This document shows, piece after piece, positions 53,313 through 63,061 of a stretch of DNA of 64,000 nucleotides. How positions within the stretch are numbered: position 1 is the stretch's first letter; every line of letters starts with the position of its first letter. The DNA is from an uncultured Planctomycetota bacterium. GTDB lineage: Bacteria > Planctomycetota > Planctomycetia > Pirellulales > Lacipirellulaceae. The DNA lies in the NCBI GenBank assembly GCA_963719315.1, contig CAVRBU010000003.1:32001-96000 (forward strand). Reading direction: 5' to 3'. Below the pieces are notes generated by a model that was given only the letters and a program-made list of their open reading frames with translations, ran no database searches and was not told the DNA's origin. Both the position numbers and the translations under genes were made by a program.

Positions 53313-55028
53313 ATGAATTTAACGCCTGAAGAAAAGAAAGTTGGCAAGCAGAATTTTGACGAAGCGACGGGCTCGACTCGGCGCGAGTTTTTGCAGACCA
53401 CGATTTTGGCCGGCGGCGCGCTGGCGACCGTGGGCCTGGGCGCCAAATATTTCGGTTACGGCCCGAAGCTGGATGAGAAGCTCCGCGTCGGCGTCGTCGG
53501 CACGGGCGACGAAGGCAACGTGCTGATCGGGGCGCTCAACCCGGATTACATCGATGTCGTGGCGATCGCCGACATCCGGCCGTACAGCCGGTATCGCGCG
53601 TTTCACGGCGACTGGTATTCGCCCGGCGCCCACGCGGCGCGGCCAGGCTTGATGCAGGTATACGGCTACAAGACGGAAGACGAAGCCCGCAAACACGTCA
53701 AGGTTTACGAGGACGACTACCACGACTTGATCAATGATCCGAATGTCGAGGCGGTGATCATCGCCACGCCGCTGTACATGCATCACCCGATGGCCGTGGC
53801 GGCGATGCGGGCCAAGAAGCACCTGCTCAGCGAAAAGCTGATGGGGCACGACGTCGCGCAATGCAAGGAAATGACTCGAGTTTGCAATGCTTCGAAGGAC
53901 GAAAAAGGCAACCCGCTCGTGATGGCGGTCGGCCATCAGCGGCATTACAGCATTTTGTACGACAACGCGGTCGAGCAGATTCGCCAGGGACTCATCGGCG
54001 ATATTCATCACATTCGGGCGCAATGGCATCGCGATAATTCGCCGGGGCACGATAGCTGGTCGCCGCCGCTGCCGGGCAACGCGCAATTGAACAAAGAATT
54101 GCAAGCCTGGCAGAAACTGATGGCTGGGCCCAGCAAGCCCAACGACGCCAAGTCAATCACGGAATGGGAAAACAAGATTGCTCAGAAGCAGCATCAAATC
54201 GATGATATTACCGAAGCATTGGCGTTAAAGTACGGTTACGAGGCCAAGACGATCAACGGCCACAATCGGCCTGCGCTCGAGGAGTTGATTCGTTGGCGGC
54301 TATGGGACCGCACGGCGGCCGGGTTGATGGCAGAGCTAGGTAGCCACCAACTCGATGCGTCGAGCATCTTTATCTCAGCGATGAATCCCGAGCGCGGCCA
54401 CGTCCACCCGTTGGCCGTCACCGCGCTCGGCGGCCGTTCGATATTCCCGAACGATCGCGAATGTGAAGACCACGTTTATTGCATGTTCGAGTTTCCGGGC
54501 CACGGCTATTACAAGGAGGGTACCCACGAAGTAGCCGATCCGAACAAAAAGATCATGGTCACTTACTCTTCGATCAACGGCAATGGCTACGGCGGCTACG
54601 GCGAGATCGTATTCGGCACGAAAGGGACGCTGATTTTGGAGCAAGAACAGGACGCGATGCTGTTCAAAGGCTCTAATACATCAACGCAAATCGAAGTCAA
54701 CGCCGACAAGAAGGGCAAGCCGGCAATGGACACCTATGAGACCGGTGGCGGCGCGGCCTTAGCCCAGGCGGCGTCGAGTGGCCCCGTCAGTCGCGGTTAC
54801 AAAGAGGAAATCGAGCACTGGGCGTGGTGCGTCCGCAACCCGGATCCAAAACACCAGCCGCACTGCACGCCGGTCGTCGCACTCGGCGACGCGGTGATCG
54901 CCCTGACTGCGAATCAAGCCATCGCCAAGCAAACTCGAATCGAATTCAAACCGGAATGGTTTGATCCGGCCAGCAACGAAACCTCCGATGGCAGCGTGCC
55001 GCGCAACGTGGACAGCGTCAAATCGTGA
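53313..55028 (+). CDS. Gfo/Idh/MocA oxidoreductase with Tat-like signal
   Basis: TRREFL, GVVGTG..G, IATP...H, SEK, VGHQRHY, ELGSHQLD. Confidence 0.92.
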   Translation: MNLTPEEKKVGKQNFDEATGSTRREFLQTTILAGGALATVGLGAKYFGYGPKLDEKLRVGVVGTGDEGNVLIGALNPDYIDVVAIADIRPYSRYRAFHGDWYSPGAHAARPGLMQVYGYKTEDEARKHVKVYEDDYHDLINDPNVEAVIIATPLYMHHPMAVAAMRAKKHLLSEKLMGHDVAQCKEMTRVCNASKDEKGNPLVMAVGHQRHYSILYDNAVEQIRQGLIGDIHHIRAQWHRDNSPGHDSWSPPLPGNAQLNKELQAWQKLMAGPSKPNDAKSITEWENKIAQKQHQIDDITEALALKYGYEAKTINGHNRPALEELIRWRLWDRTAAGLMAELGSHQLDASSIFISAMNPERGHVHPLAVTALGGRSIFPNDRECEDHVYCMFEFPGHGYYKEGTHEVADPNKKIMVTYSSINGNGYGGYGEIVFGTKGTLILEQEQDAMLFKGSNTSTQIEVNADKKGKPAMDTYETGGGAALAQAASSGPVSRGYKEEIEHWAWCVRNPDPKHQPHCTPVVALGDAVIALTANQAIAKQTRIEFKPEWFDPASNETSDGSVPRNVDSVKS

Positions 55029-55090
55029 CAGGCACGCGCCGCTTAAAATGCCAGGCTTGCCCCACGCAAAGTTCGCGTTAGCCTGATCTC

Positions 55091-56176
55091 ATGGCCAAGG
55101 TTGTTCTCAGGCATCTAGGCAAGACGTTTCCGAACGGTTTCGAGGCCGTTCGTGACGTGAATCTTGAAGTAGCCGACGGCGAATTCCTCGTGCTGGTTGG
55201 CCCCAGCGGGTGCGGTAAATCGACCACGCTGCGGATGGTAGCCGGGTTGGAAGAGGCGACCTGCGGCGAAATATGGATCGGCGACCGGAAGGTGAACAAC
55301 GTCGGGCCGGGAGATCGCGATATCGCCATGGTGTTTCAGAATTACGCGCTCTACCCGCACATGAGCGTGCACCAGAACATGGCGTTCGGGTTGAAAATGC
55401 GCCGCACGCCGAAGGCGGAGATCGAAAACCGCGTCCGCGACGCGGCGGCGATCTTGTCGATCGAGTCGTTGTTGGAGCGGCGGCCGCGCGAACTTTCGGG
55501 CGGGCAGCGGCAACGCGTGGCGCTGGGGCGGGCCATCGTGCGCGAGCCGAAGGTGTTTCTGTTCGATGAGCCGCTCTCGAACCTGGACGCCAAGCTCCGG
55601 GTGCAGATGCGCGCGGAGATCGCTCGCCTCCACCAACGACTCAAAACAACCATCCTCTACGTGACGCACGACCAGATCGAAGCGATGACGCTCGGCGATC
55701 GGATCGCTCTGATGGATCGCGGCGCGATTCAGCAAGTCGATACGCCGATGAACATCTACCAGCGGCCAGTGACCCCGTTCGTGGCATCGTTCATCGGCAG
55801 CCCAGCGATAAACTTCATTCGCGGGGAAATTGAGAACGGCGTCTTTCGATTCGCGTGCCAGGCGACGAATGACCAGGCTGCGCCGGCCGGTGAGATTAAC
55901 GTCGACACGGCAACGCCGGCAGGGCCGGCCGTGCTCGCTGTAAGGCCGGAAGATTTGCTAGCGCGAGACGCTGGTTGTAGCTTAGGAAGCGTCACGCTCG
56001 ACATCGTCGAACACGTGGGCCACGAAACAATTGCCCATTTCACGCTGGCGGGCGAAGAGCATGCTGTGCGGCTGAGTGCCGATGTCAACGTGAGACCAGG
56101 AGACCGGCTCGCGCTTGCTATTCGGCCAGGTGCGTATCATTTGTTTTCGGATGTGGACGGGCGGCGCTTGAATTGA
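55091..56176 (+). CDS. Sugar ABC transporter ATP-binding protein (MalK/UgpC-like)
   Basis: [44 protein letters not shown]-like tail. Confidence 0.95.
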   Translation: MAKVVLRHLGKTFPNGFEAVRDVNLEVADGEFLVLVGPSGCGKSTTLRMVAGLEEATCGEIWIGDRKVNNVGPGDRDIAMVFQNYALYPHMSVHQNMAFGLKMRRTPKAEIENRVRDAAAILSIESLLERRPRELSGGQRQRVALGRAIVREPKVFLFDEPLSNLDAKLRVQMRAEIARLHQRLKTTILYVTHDQIEAMTLGDRIALMDRGAIQQVDTPMNIYQRPVTPFVASFIGSPAINFIRGEIENGVFRFACQATNDQAAPAGEINVDTATPAGPAVLAVRPEDLLARDAGCSLGSVTLDIVEHVGHETIAHFTLAGEEHAVRLSADVNVRPGDRLALAIRPGAYHLFSDVDGRRLN

Positions 56177-56386
56177 CGGCCACTCATCCGCCGCGTTGAA
56201 GTTGTGCGGCGTATCGAACGCGTTGACGAGAATCCGGAAAGTGGGGTCCGTCCCGCCGCGCTAGTTCCAGAGCCCGACGGACGCTTCCAACAGAAATCCG
56301 CAATGCGTCTGGATTATTTCCCAAAAGATGTCCTAAATATTGGCGCACGGCAAATCTTAATTGAGTCCGAGGGTGTGGTTTTCTAC

Positions 56387-57874
56387 TTAAGCGAGGATTC
56401 CTCGAACCACGTGCGCTTCTTCGACACCGGTGAGTTTGGAATCCAGGCCGCGGAACGGGTAGGTAAATTGTTGGTGATCGATGCCCAGGATGTGGAGCAT
56501 CGTGGCGTGGATGTCGCGGAGGTGGGTGGGGTTTTCGACGATGTTGTAGCAGAAGTCGTCGGTGCGGCCGTATTCGATGCCGGGTTGGATGCCTGCACCT
56601 GCGAGCCAGACGGTAAACGAGCGGCCGTGGTGATCGCGGCCGCTGTTGGGACTGCCCAGAGCGCCCTGGCTAAAAACCGTGCGGCCGAATTCGGTGAGGA
56701 ACATCACGAGCGTGTCTTCGAGGAGACCCCGTTGCTGGAGATCTTTCAAGAGAGCGGCGGTAGGTTGATCAACGTCGCGACATTGGTTGGGTAGTTGGCG
56801 TTTGATCGCGATGTGTTGGTCCCAGCCGCGGTGGTAGAGTTGCACGAAGCGAACGCCGCGTTCCAGAAGCCGGCGCGAGAGCAAGCAGTTGGCGGCGTAG
56901 CTGCCGGTTTTGAAGACATCGGGGCCGTAGGACTCAATGACTGCCGGGGATTCGTTGCTGATGTCGCTCAGCTCGGGCACGGAAGTTTGCATGCGAAACG
57001 CCATTTCGTAGGCGTTGATGCGGGCCAAGGTTTCGGGGTCGCCGGTTTGGGCGGCGCGGAAGTGGTTTAGCTGGGCGAGGTCGTCGAGAAGCGCGCGGCG
57101 GTCGTCGCGATCGACGCCGGGCGGGTCGTGCAGATATAGGACAGGATTTGCGCCGGAGCGGAGGGCGACGCCTTGATGGGTGGAGGGAAGAAAGCCGCTG
57201 CCCCAGAGGCGCGAGAAGATCGGTTGGCCGGGGTTTTTGCCGGTGCCCTGTGAGATCATGGCGACGAACGTCGGCAGGTTTTCGTTCGCGCTGCCGAGGC
57301 CGTAGCTGATCCACGCGCCCATGCTGGCGTAGCCGGGCTGCTGGTTGCCGGTGTTGGCGAAGGTGATCGCGGGGTCGTGGTTGATCGCTTCGGTGTACAT
57401 CGACTTCACGATGCAAATATCGTCGGCGATGGTTTGGGTATGCGGCAGGAGGTCGCTGATCCAGGTGCCGTTTTGGCCGCAGCGGCGGCCGGGCCACATC
57501 GGGGCGACGACGGGATATTTGGATTGGCCGGAAGTCATGCCCGTGAGGCGTTGATTGCCTTTGACGGAGGGCGGAATTTCCTGGCCCTGGTTTTTCGTGA
57601 GAGCGGATTTGTAGTCGAACAGATCGACGTGCGAGAAGCCGCCGGATTGAAAGAGGCAGAGGACGCGCTTGGCTTTGGGGGTGAAGTGGGGGAGACCAGG
57701 GAGGCCGTGTTCGGATTTTAAACCGCCGGCAGAGCCGGGGGCTGACGACGGTGTTGCGAGGGCGGCGCGGGTGAGGAGCGCGCTGAGCGCGGTGCTGCCG
57801 ATGGCGGCGCCGGCGGTGGTGCCGAGGAAGGTGCGGCGGGTGGAGAGGTTCTGCAATTCGTGGATGGGATTCAT
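56387..57874 (-). CDS. DUF1501 family protein (Tat signal)
   Basis: TRRTFL, PKAKRV..LFQSGG.SH.DLFD.K, YEMAFRMQ, RGWDQH, EFGRT, GRDHH. Confidence 0.93.
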   Translation of the reverse strand: MNPIHELQNLSTRRTFLGTTAGAAIGSTALSALLTRAALATPSSAPGSAGGLKSEHGLPGLPHFTPKAKRVLCLFQSGGFSHVDLFDYKSALTKNQGQEIPPSVKGNQRLTGMTSGQSKYPVVAPMWPGRRCGQNGTWISDLLPHTQTIADDICIVKSMYTEAINHDPAITFANTGNQQPGYASMGAWISYGLGSANENLPTFVAMISQGTGKNPGQPIFSRLWGSGFLPSTHQGVALRSGANPVLYLHDPPGVDRDDRRALLDDLAQLNHFRAAQTGDPETLARINAYEMAFRMQTSVPELSDISNESPAVIESYGPDVFKTGSYAANCLLSRRLLERGVRFVQLYHRGWDQHIAIKRQLPNQCRDVDQPTAALLKDLQQRGLLEDTLVMFLTEFGRTVFSQGALGSPNSGRDHHGRSFTVWLAGAGIQPGIEYGRTDDFCYNIVENPTHLRDIHATMLHILGIDHQQFTYPFRGLDSKLTGVEEAHVVRGILA

Positions 57875-57973
57875 GAGGATTATTTGCACTATCGTCCGAC
57901 TACGTAAATCACCAGTTGGAACACCCGAACTACGATCGTCGTCGCGACCAGTGAGTAGGCAAGGATTGTAATA

Positions 57974-58495
57974 TTACGCAGGGTTGTCGTTTTCGGGCAC
58001 GGGCGGCCAGGCTATATTGAGGTCATGCTCGATTTTTGCGATCAATCCGATCGCGAGGAACACAATAATTAAAGCGATGAGTATGACACTCATAATGGCA
58101 AGTCGGTTGAACGTCTTCGGCAGCGTGAACCAGGGAATGCCAGCGAAAACTACAACCATCAAGACAGGAAACCAATAAGGAACGCCGTAACTGGTTCCGT
58201 AGTCTAACACGCTGTAGTCAAACTTAATTGGCCGTACGGGATACTCATCGATTGGCCAAGAATTGAGTCGCAATGAGCCATCCGGATACTGCGAGTCTTG
58301 CACCCTTAGGTCATTGGTCCACAGAATAATCTCGCCTCGCGCATGCCACGTCGAGATCTCATGAACTCCCGATGTGCGGCAGTAGACTCGATCCACTGAC
58401 CAATAACTCCGCACCCACAACACAATCAGCAGCAGGCAGGTAATGCCGCATGCGGCCGAAAACGTGATTCGCAGATAGCGGAGCAGCTTAGTCAT
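57974..58495 (-). CDS. Hypothetical membrane protein, LWVRSY family
   Basis: LRYLRITFS..CG..CLLLIVLWVRSY ... VPYWFPV...IPW; paralog-like to 1923-2378. Confidence 0.75.
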   Translation of the reverse strand: MTKLLRYLRITFSAACGITCLLLIVLWVRSYWSVDRVYCRTSGVHEISTWHARGEIILWTNDLRVQDSQYPDGSLRLNSWPIDEYPVRPIKFDYSVLDYGTSYGVPYWFPVLMVVVFAGIPWFTLPKTFNRLAIMSVILIALIIVFLAIGLIAKIEHDLNIAWPPVPENDNPA

Positions 58496-58642
58496 TGGAA
58501 CTTCCGCCCGGTACCAAGATCAGCCAGTGCCGTTACTATTTATTAGGTGTCGATTCGCATCCCACGTCAACTGTTGCTGGGGTACAAAAGCCAGGGAGCC
58601 TCATTTGGGTTAGCAGTTTCCGATGGAGAAACGGTCCTGGCT

Positions 58643-58852
58643 ATGTTTTCCGATGTGGTGGATGCGGCGGATCGTCTATCGACCGAGGAGCAGGAAGAAT
58701 TATTAGAGATCCTGCGTCGTCGTCTCGCTGAGCGCCGCCGGGCTCAGTTGGTGCGCGAGGTTCAAGAGGCCCGTGCGGAGTTTGCGGGCGGAGAGGCGGG
58801 CCCCGCGTCCGTCGATGAAATCATGGATGAGGCGACTCGGACCGGGCAATAA
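58643..58852 (+). CDS. Small helical protein, antitoxin-like
   Basis: DRLS.EEQEEL..ILRRR...RRAQL..EV.EAR.EF..G....SVDEIM; GGAG upstream. Confidence 0.65.
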   Translation: MFSDVVDAADRLSTEEQEELLEILRRRLAERRRAQLVREVQEARAEFAGGEAGPASVDEIMDEATRTGQ

Positions 58853-58882
58853 AGTTGATCGAAGCTGGTGATTCGAACTCTC

Positions 58883-59203
58883 TTAAATCACTTCCACCGA
58901 ATACGTCGTCATCCAAATGTCAACTTGCATAAATCGCAACTTCAGCCGTTCTTTGAATTCGACAAAGAATTGCCGGTTCTCGGCCGTGTCTGGTACATCG
59001 CAGAAGACGCGGACGAGTTCGTCGCGGTGGCCTTCGCCTTAAAATCGCCACCGGCCTTCAATGAGCTGCGTCTCGGATGAGACGGCGCCAAACTGGTGCT
59101 CCAGTTCCAACAGGGTATCAGCGAACAACTCCGCCGGAACCGCATCGCCGCTATTGAACCTGGTCGGCAGCAACAGCTCGAAGCGCCGGAATAGCTTCTA
59201 CAT
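58883..59203 (-). pseudogene. Conserved-looking 106-aa protein with two in-frame stops (absent from the ORF track)
   Basis: M*KLFRRFELLLPTRFNSGDAVPAELFADTLLELEHQFGAVSSETQLIEGRWRF*GEGHRDELVRVFCDVPDTAENRQFFVEFKERLKLRFMQVDIWMTTYSVEVI; TAG 59198-59200, TAA 59039-59041. Confidence 0.7.
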
Positions 59204-59381
59204 ATTTTGCTGGCCCCTCGGCACTGAAGGGAATGCCCTCTACGGCCAAAGCCGCAAGCGCCGCTTCTACCACCAGCATCTCCCCGCTCGCGTAGCTGGT
59301 GAACGAAAATCGCCCGGCGAGGTAACCTAGGGCGCGGCGCTTTGCATCATGATCCGGAAAGCGAATCCGAATGAGTTGCAT
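59151..59381 (-). CDS. Small hypothetical protein overlapping the pseudogene start
   Basis: MQLIRIRFPD...RALGYLAGRFSF...EGIPF..EGPA.Y; 53-nt overlap. Confidence 0.7.
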   Translation of the reverse strand: MQLIRIRFPDHDAKRRALGYLAGRFSFTSYASGEMLVVEAALAALAVEGIPFSAEGPAKYVEAIPALRAVAADQVQ

Positions 59382-59452
59382 AATGCAATATAGTCAACCG
59401 CGGTGAGCATGACAACGGCACTACGTCTCCGGTTGCAGGTAATCCCATGCGG

Positions 59453-62400
59453 TTAGTTGCGGGTGACGGTTTCGCTGAGGTTCAGCAGTAGCGCCGCGAC
59501 TTGGGACCAGGCGGCGTGTTCGGTGACGGGGATTGTTTCGTCGCGTGGGGCCTCACCGGCGGTAAGGAATTTCTCGGCGGCGGATTTATCTTTTGCGTAG
59601 TGGGCGCGTTCACGTTGTAGGGCTTTGGTGAGGATGGTGAATTCGTCGCTCGTTGGGGGGCGAGAGACGCATTCTTCAAAGGCCCAGCGGAGGCGCGCCG
59701 GGTCATCGCCGGGGTGTTTCAGCGTGCGCTCGGCGAACGCGCGGGCGGCTTCTACGAATTGCGTGTCGTTTAAGAGCACGAGGGCTTGAAGCGGTGTCGT
59801 GGTCGTGGGGCGGGCGATCGTACAGATTTCGCGGTTGGGCGCGTCGAAGGCGACCATGTTGGGCGGCGGGACGGTGCGCTTCCAATATGTGTACAGCGAG
59901 CGGCGGTAGAGTTTTTCGCCGTGGTCTTGGACGAAGGTTTGGGCCGTCGCGGGTGTGCTGCCGTAATGGCTGATTTCCCGCCAGAGGTCGCCGGGTGTGT
60001 ACGGGTTCACGCTGGGGCCGCCGAGGCGGTCGACCAACAGGCCGCTGATTTGGAGGGCCTCGTCGCGGATGAATTCGGCCGGAAGGCGGAAGCACGGGCC
60101 GCGGGCGAGAAGGCGGTTTTGCGGGTCGCGGGTCAACAATTCAACACTGGCGGAGCCAGTGGCACCCGAAATTGGCGCAAGCTGGCGCGGGCCTGTGACG
60201 CTGGATTGTCGATACGTGGACGACATCACGATCATTTTGATCGTGCGCTTCACGTCCCAGTCGTGGTCCATGAAATCGACAGCGAGCCAATCGAGGAGGT
60301 CGGGGTGGCTGGGGTACTGGCCTTGAGCGCCGAAGTCGGCGGGGGTGGCGACGAGGCCGGTGCCGAAGAAGATTTGCCAGAGGCGGTTTACTTCGACGCG
60401 GGCGGTGAGCGGATGCTCGCGCATCGTCATCCACTCGGCAAGGCCGAGGCGATTGGCGGGGGCGTCCTTGGGTAGCGGCGGGAGGACGGCGGGGGTATTG
60501 GGCGTAACCTTTTCTTTCGGTTGCGAGTAGTCGCCGCGGTTGAGGATGTACGTCTCGCGCGGCTTCTCGGCGATGTTCATTACCATCGTGGGAAATTCTT
60601 GGGTGATCGCTTCGAGGCGGTCTTCCAGGTTGTCGAGTGCGATGCGGTCGCGTTTGGTTTCGTCGGAGTGGGCGGCGAAGTATTCGCGGAGTTCGTTTTG
60701 TTGCTCGGTCGCAAGGCTGGCAGAGTCATTGGCAGAGCCAGTGGCGCCCGAGGAAGAACCCCCGGCGGAGCTGGAGGCTGCCGGCGAGGTCGAGGATTCA
60801 ATAATTGAAATGATTTCGGGTGGCAGATCGCTGTCGGTGTCGGCGCCGGTCATCGTGAGGAATTCGAACCGCGCGGCGACGGTGCTGTCGACGTGGCCGA
60901 AGTTCAGTTGAATCGTCATAAACGGCGTGGCGCTCGTGTCAACTGGCTTATCAAACGTGACGGTGAGATGCGCGGGACCGTCGCCGTCTTCGGGAGACCA
61001 GCCGTCGTCGCCGCGCGTGTCGATGACGCCTTCGGGACGCCAGTCGGGCAGCCAGGAGTCGGCGGTAACCTGCGAGAAGCCGAGGAGGCGGTTGAGATTG
61101 ACGTTGTCACCGGCGACGGGGTCGGCGCTCGCGCTGAAGGCGGTGAGGATGAAAGTGCCACGGCCTTCGACTGGGGGTTTAGGGCTTTTCTTTGATCTGC
61201 CGGCCTGCTGAAGCGGGTTCGCCGAGATGGTGCCGTAGCCGCGACCGCCGCCGGGTGCTTTAGGGTCGGGATGGAAGAGGACGCGGACGCCGGTGATGGG
61301 TTTGTCGAGTTTCGGCAGGTGCATCGAAACGTCGTAGGCGACGAGGGGGGCGGGCGAAGTAATGTGGATGAAGCGCGGCGGGTCGATGTCGAAGCCCTGG
61401 CCGACGTTTGGTGTGCTGACCTTTAGTAGCTCGACCGGGTGGAGCGCGAAGTCTTTGCCGCGGGCGCTACGCCGCGAGCGCTGCTCGTTGGCCCAGCGAT
61501 CGACTGCGGTGTCCCTAGGATTGGCAAGTTTTTGCTTTAGTGCGGCGATTTGTTTTTCGAGCGCGGGCTGCTCGCCGGTTTGGAGAACGGTTTTGGCTTC
61601 GATCGAGGGGCGGGAGTCAATGCCGCGATCGCCGTCGAGGCCGACATCGCTGAGCGAGTTGAAGTAGGCGTAGATCTGGTAGTAATCCTTCTGCGTCAGC
61701 GGGTCGAACTTGTGGTCGTGGCACTGACAGCAGCCGAGCGTCAGGCCGAGCATCGATTCGCCGAAGGTTTTTACACGATCGACGTTGTAGTTGGTGAGGT
61801 TCTCCTCCGGGATCGTGCCGCCTTCGTGCGTGTTCATGTTGTTACGCTGGAAGCCGGTGGCGATGAGTTGGGCTTCGGTATGGTTCGGCAGGAGATCGCC
61901 GGCAAGTTGGTCGCGGAGAAACTCATCGTAGTGCAGGTTCGTGTTGAAAGCGTTGATGACCCAATCACGCCAGAGCCACATGTGTCGGCCGCCGTCGATC
62001 GAATAGCCGTTGGTATCGGCGTAGCGAGCGGCATCGAGCCAGACGAGGGCCATCCGTTCGCCGAAATGGGGGCTGGCGAGGAGGCGGTCGACGAGTTTTT
62101 CATAAGCGTCGGGAGTTTGGTCAGCGGCGAAGGCTTCGACTTCGGCGGCACTCGGCGGCAGGCCGGTGAGGTCGAGCGAAAGGCGGCGGATGAGCGTGCG
62201 GCGGTCAGCCTCGGGTGCGTGTTGCAGTTTTTCGGCGTCGAGGCGTTCGAGGATGAAGTTATCGATTTCGTTGCGCGGCCAAGTCTTGTCGGCGATTTCC
62301 GGTAGCGTCGCTTTCACTGGCGGGATGAACGACCAGTGTTTTTCATACTTGGCCCCCTGCTCTATCCAGCGCTTGAGAAGCAGTTTTTGCTCGGGCTTGA

Positions 62401-62713
62401 GTGTGCGATGCGAATCGGGCGGCGGCATCTGTTCGGATTCGTCATCGCTCGTGATGCGACGCCAGAGTTCGCTTTGTTCAGGGTGGCCGGGGACGATCGG
62501 TTTGCCGCTGTCGTGATCGGCGTAGGCGGACTCGGACTGGTCGAGCCGTAGTTCGGCCTGCCGGGCTTTCTCGTCGAACCCGTGGCATTGGAAGCAGTTT
62601 TCGGAGAGGATCGGGCGAATGTCGCGATTGAAATCAAGCTTCTTCTCGGCGGCCGATGTGGGCGCGGCGGCGAGGCAAATGGCAAGCAGCGGCATAAAGA
62701 TGAAGCGTGGCAT
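59453..62713 (-). CDS. PSD1 / planctomycete cytochrome c (DUF1549 + DUF1553) protein
   Basis: FNRDIRPILSENCFQCHG, RRLSLDLTGLPP, CCQCHDHKFDP, SHPDLLDWLA, RRSLY, TPLQAL.LLN. Confidence 0.95.
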   Translation of the reverse strand: MPRFIFMPLLAICLAAAPTSAAEKKLDFNRDIRPILSENCFQCHGFDEKARQAELRLDQSESAYADHDSGKPIVPGHPEQSELWRRITSDDESEQMPPPDSHRTLKPEQKLLLKRWIEQGAKYEKHWSFIPPVKATLPEIADKTWPRNEIDNFILERLDAEKLQHAPEADRRTLIRRLSLDLTGLPPSAAEVEAFAADQTPDAYEKLVDRLLASPHFGERMALVWLDAARYADTNGYSIDGGRHMWLWRDWVINAFNTNLHYDEFLRDQLAGDLLPNHTEAQLIATGFQRNNMNTHEGGTIPEENLTNYNVDRVKTFGESMLGLTLGCCQCHDHKFDPLTQKDYYQIYAYFNSLSDVGLDGDRGIDSRPSIEAKTVLQTGEQPALEKQIAALKQKLANPRDTAVDRWANEQRSRRSARGKDFALHPVELLKVSTPNVGQGFDIDPPRFIHITSPAPLVAYDVSMHLPKLDKPITGVRVLFHPDPKAPGGGRGYGTISANPLQQAGRSKKSPKPPVEGRGTFILTAFSASADPVAGDNVNLNRLLGFSQVTADSWLPDWRPEGVIDTRGDDGWSPEDGDGPAHLTVTFDKPVDTSATPFMTIQLNFGHVDSTVAARFEFLTMTGADTDSDLPPEIISIIESSTSPAASSSAGGSSSGATGSANDSASLATEQQNELREYFAAHSDETKRDRIALDNLEDRLEAITQEFPTMVMNIAEKPRETYILNRGDYSQPKEKVTPNTPAVLPPLPKDAPANRLGLAEWMTMREHPLTARVEVNRLWQIFFGTGLVATPADFGAQGQYPSHPDLLDWLAVDFMDHDWDVKRTIKMIVMSSTYRQSSVTGPRQLAPISGATGSASVELLTRDPQNRLLARGPCFRLPAEFIRDEALQISGLLVDRLGGPSVNPYTPGDLWREISHYGSTPATAQTFVQDHGEKLYRRSLYTYWKRTVPPPNMVAFDAPNREICTIARPTTTTPLQALVLLNDTQFVEAARAFAERTLKHPGDDPARLRWAFEECVSRPPTSDEFTILTKALQRERAHYAKDKSAAEKFLTAGEAPRDETIPVTEHAAWSQVAALLLNLSETVTRN

Positions 62714-62860
62714 AGCGGGCGGCCAAGCGAGAATCACTCCCAAGGTCGGAGACTATTCATCATACTCACTTGGCGGTTGAGTCGGCTACCGGCGAGAGTC
62801 GGCAACTTGCTCCGCGTGAAGCAAATTTCCTCTCGCGAAGCGAAAGAACTACACTGGCTG

Positions 62861-62982
62861 GGTGGTGTCCTAATTTGGCACCGATCGGACCGGAACTTTG
62901 TAGCACGGACTTCAGTCCGTACGAGAATCACGGACTGAAGTCCGCGCTACAAGGTTGTTGTGCCGCAAATTAGGACACTACC
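62861..62982. mobile_element. 122-bp MITE with IS1-like GGT ends, 8-bp TSD and internal GTAG REP doublet
   Basis: IRs GGTGGTGTCCTAATTTG / CAAATTAGGACACTACC (16/17); TSD ACTGGCTG at 62853-62860 and 62983-62990; REPs at 62900-62920 and 62930-62950. Confidence 0.9.
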
Positions 62983-62997
62983 ACTGGCTGAGCTGAA

Positions 62998-63026
62998 TTG
63001 ACGCTCGCGACGAGTCGAGATATAGT
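62998..63026 (+). promoter_or_regulatory. sigma70 promoter of the sdh-like gene
   Basis: TTGACG-17 nt-TATAGT, then GGAGG before ATG63062. Confidence 0.75.
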
Positions 63027-63061
63027 GCCAAATTCACATTCCGCCGGAGGGTTTTGAGCGA

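Noticed and set aside
58883..59203. Stop-codon recoding (Pyl/Sec or alternative code)
   Set aside because: Stops are TAG and TAA, both used as normal terminators throughout the window.
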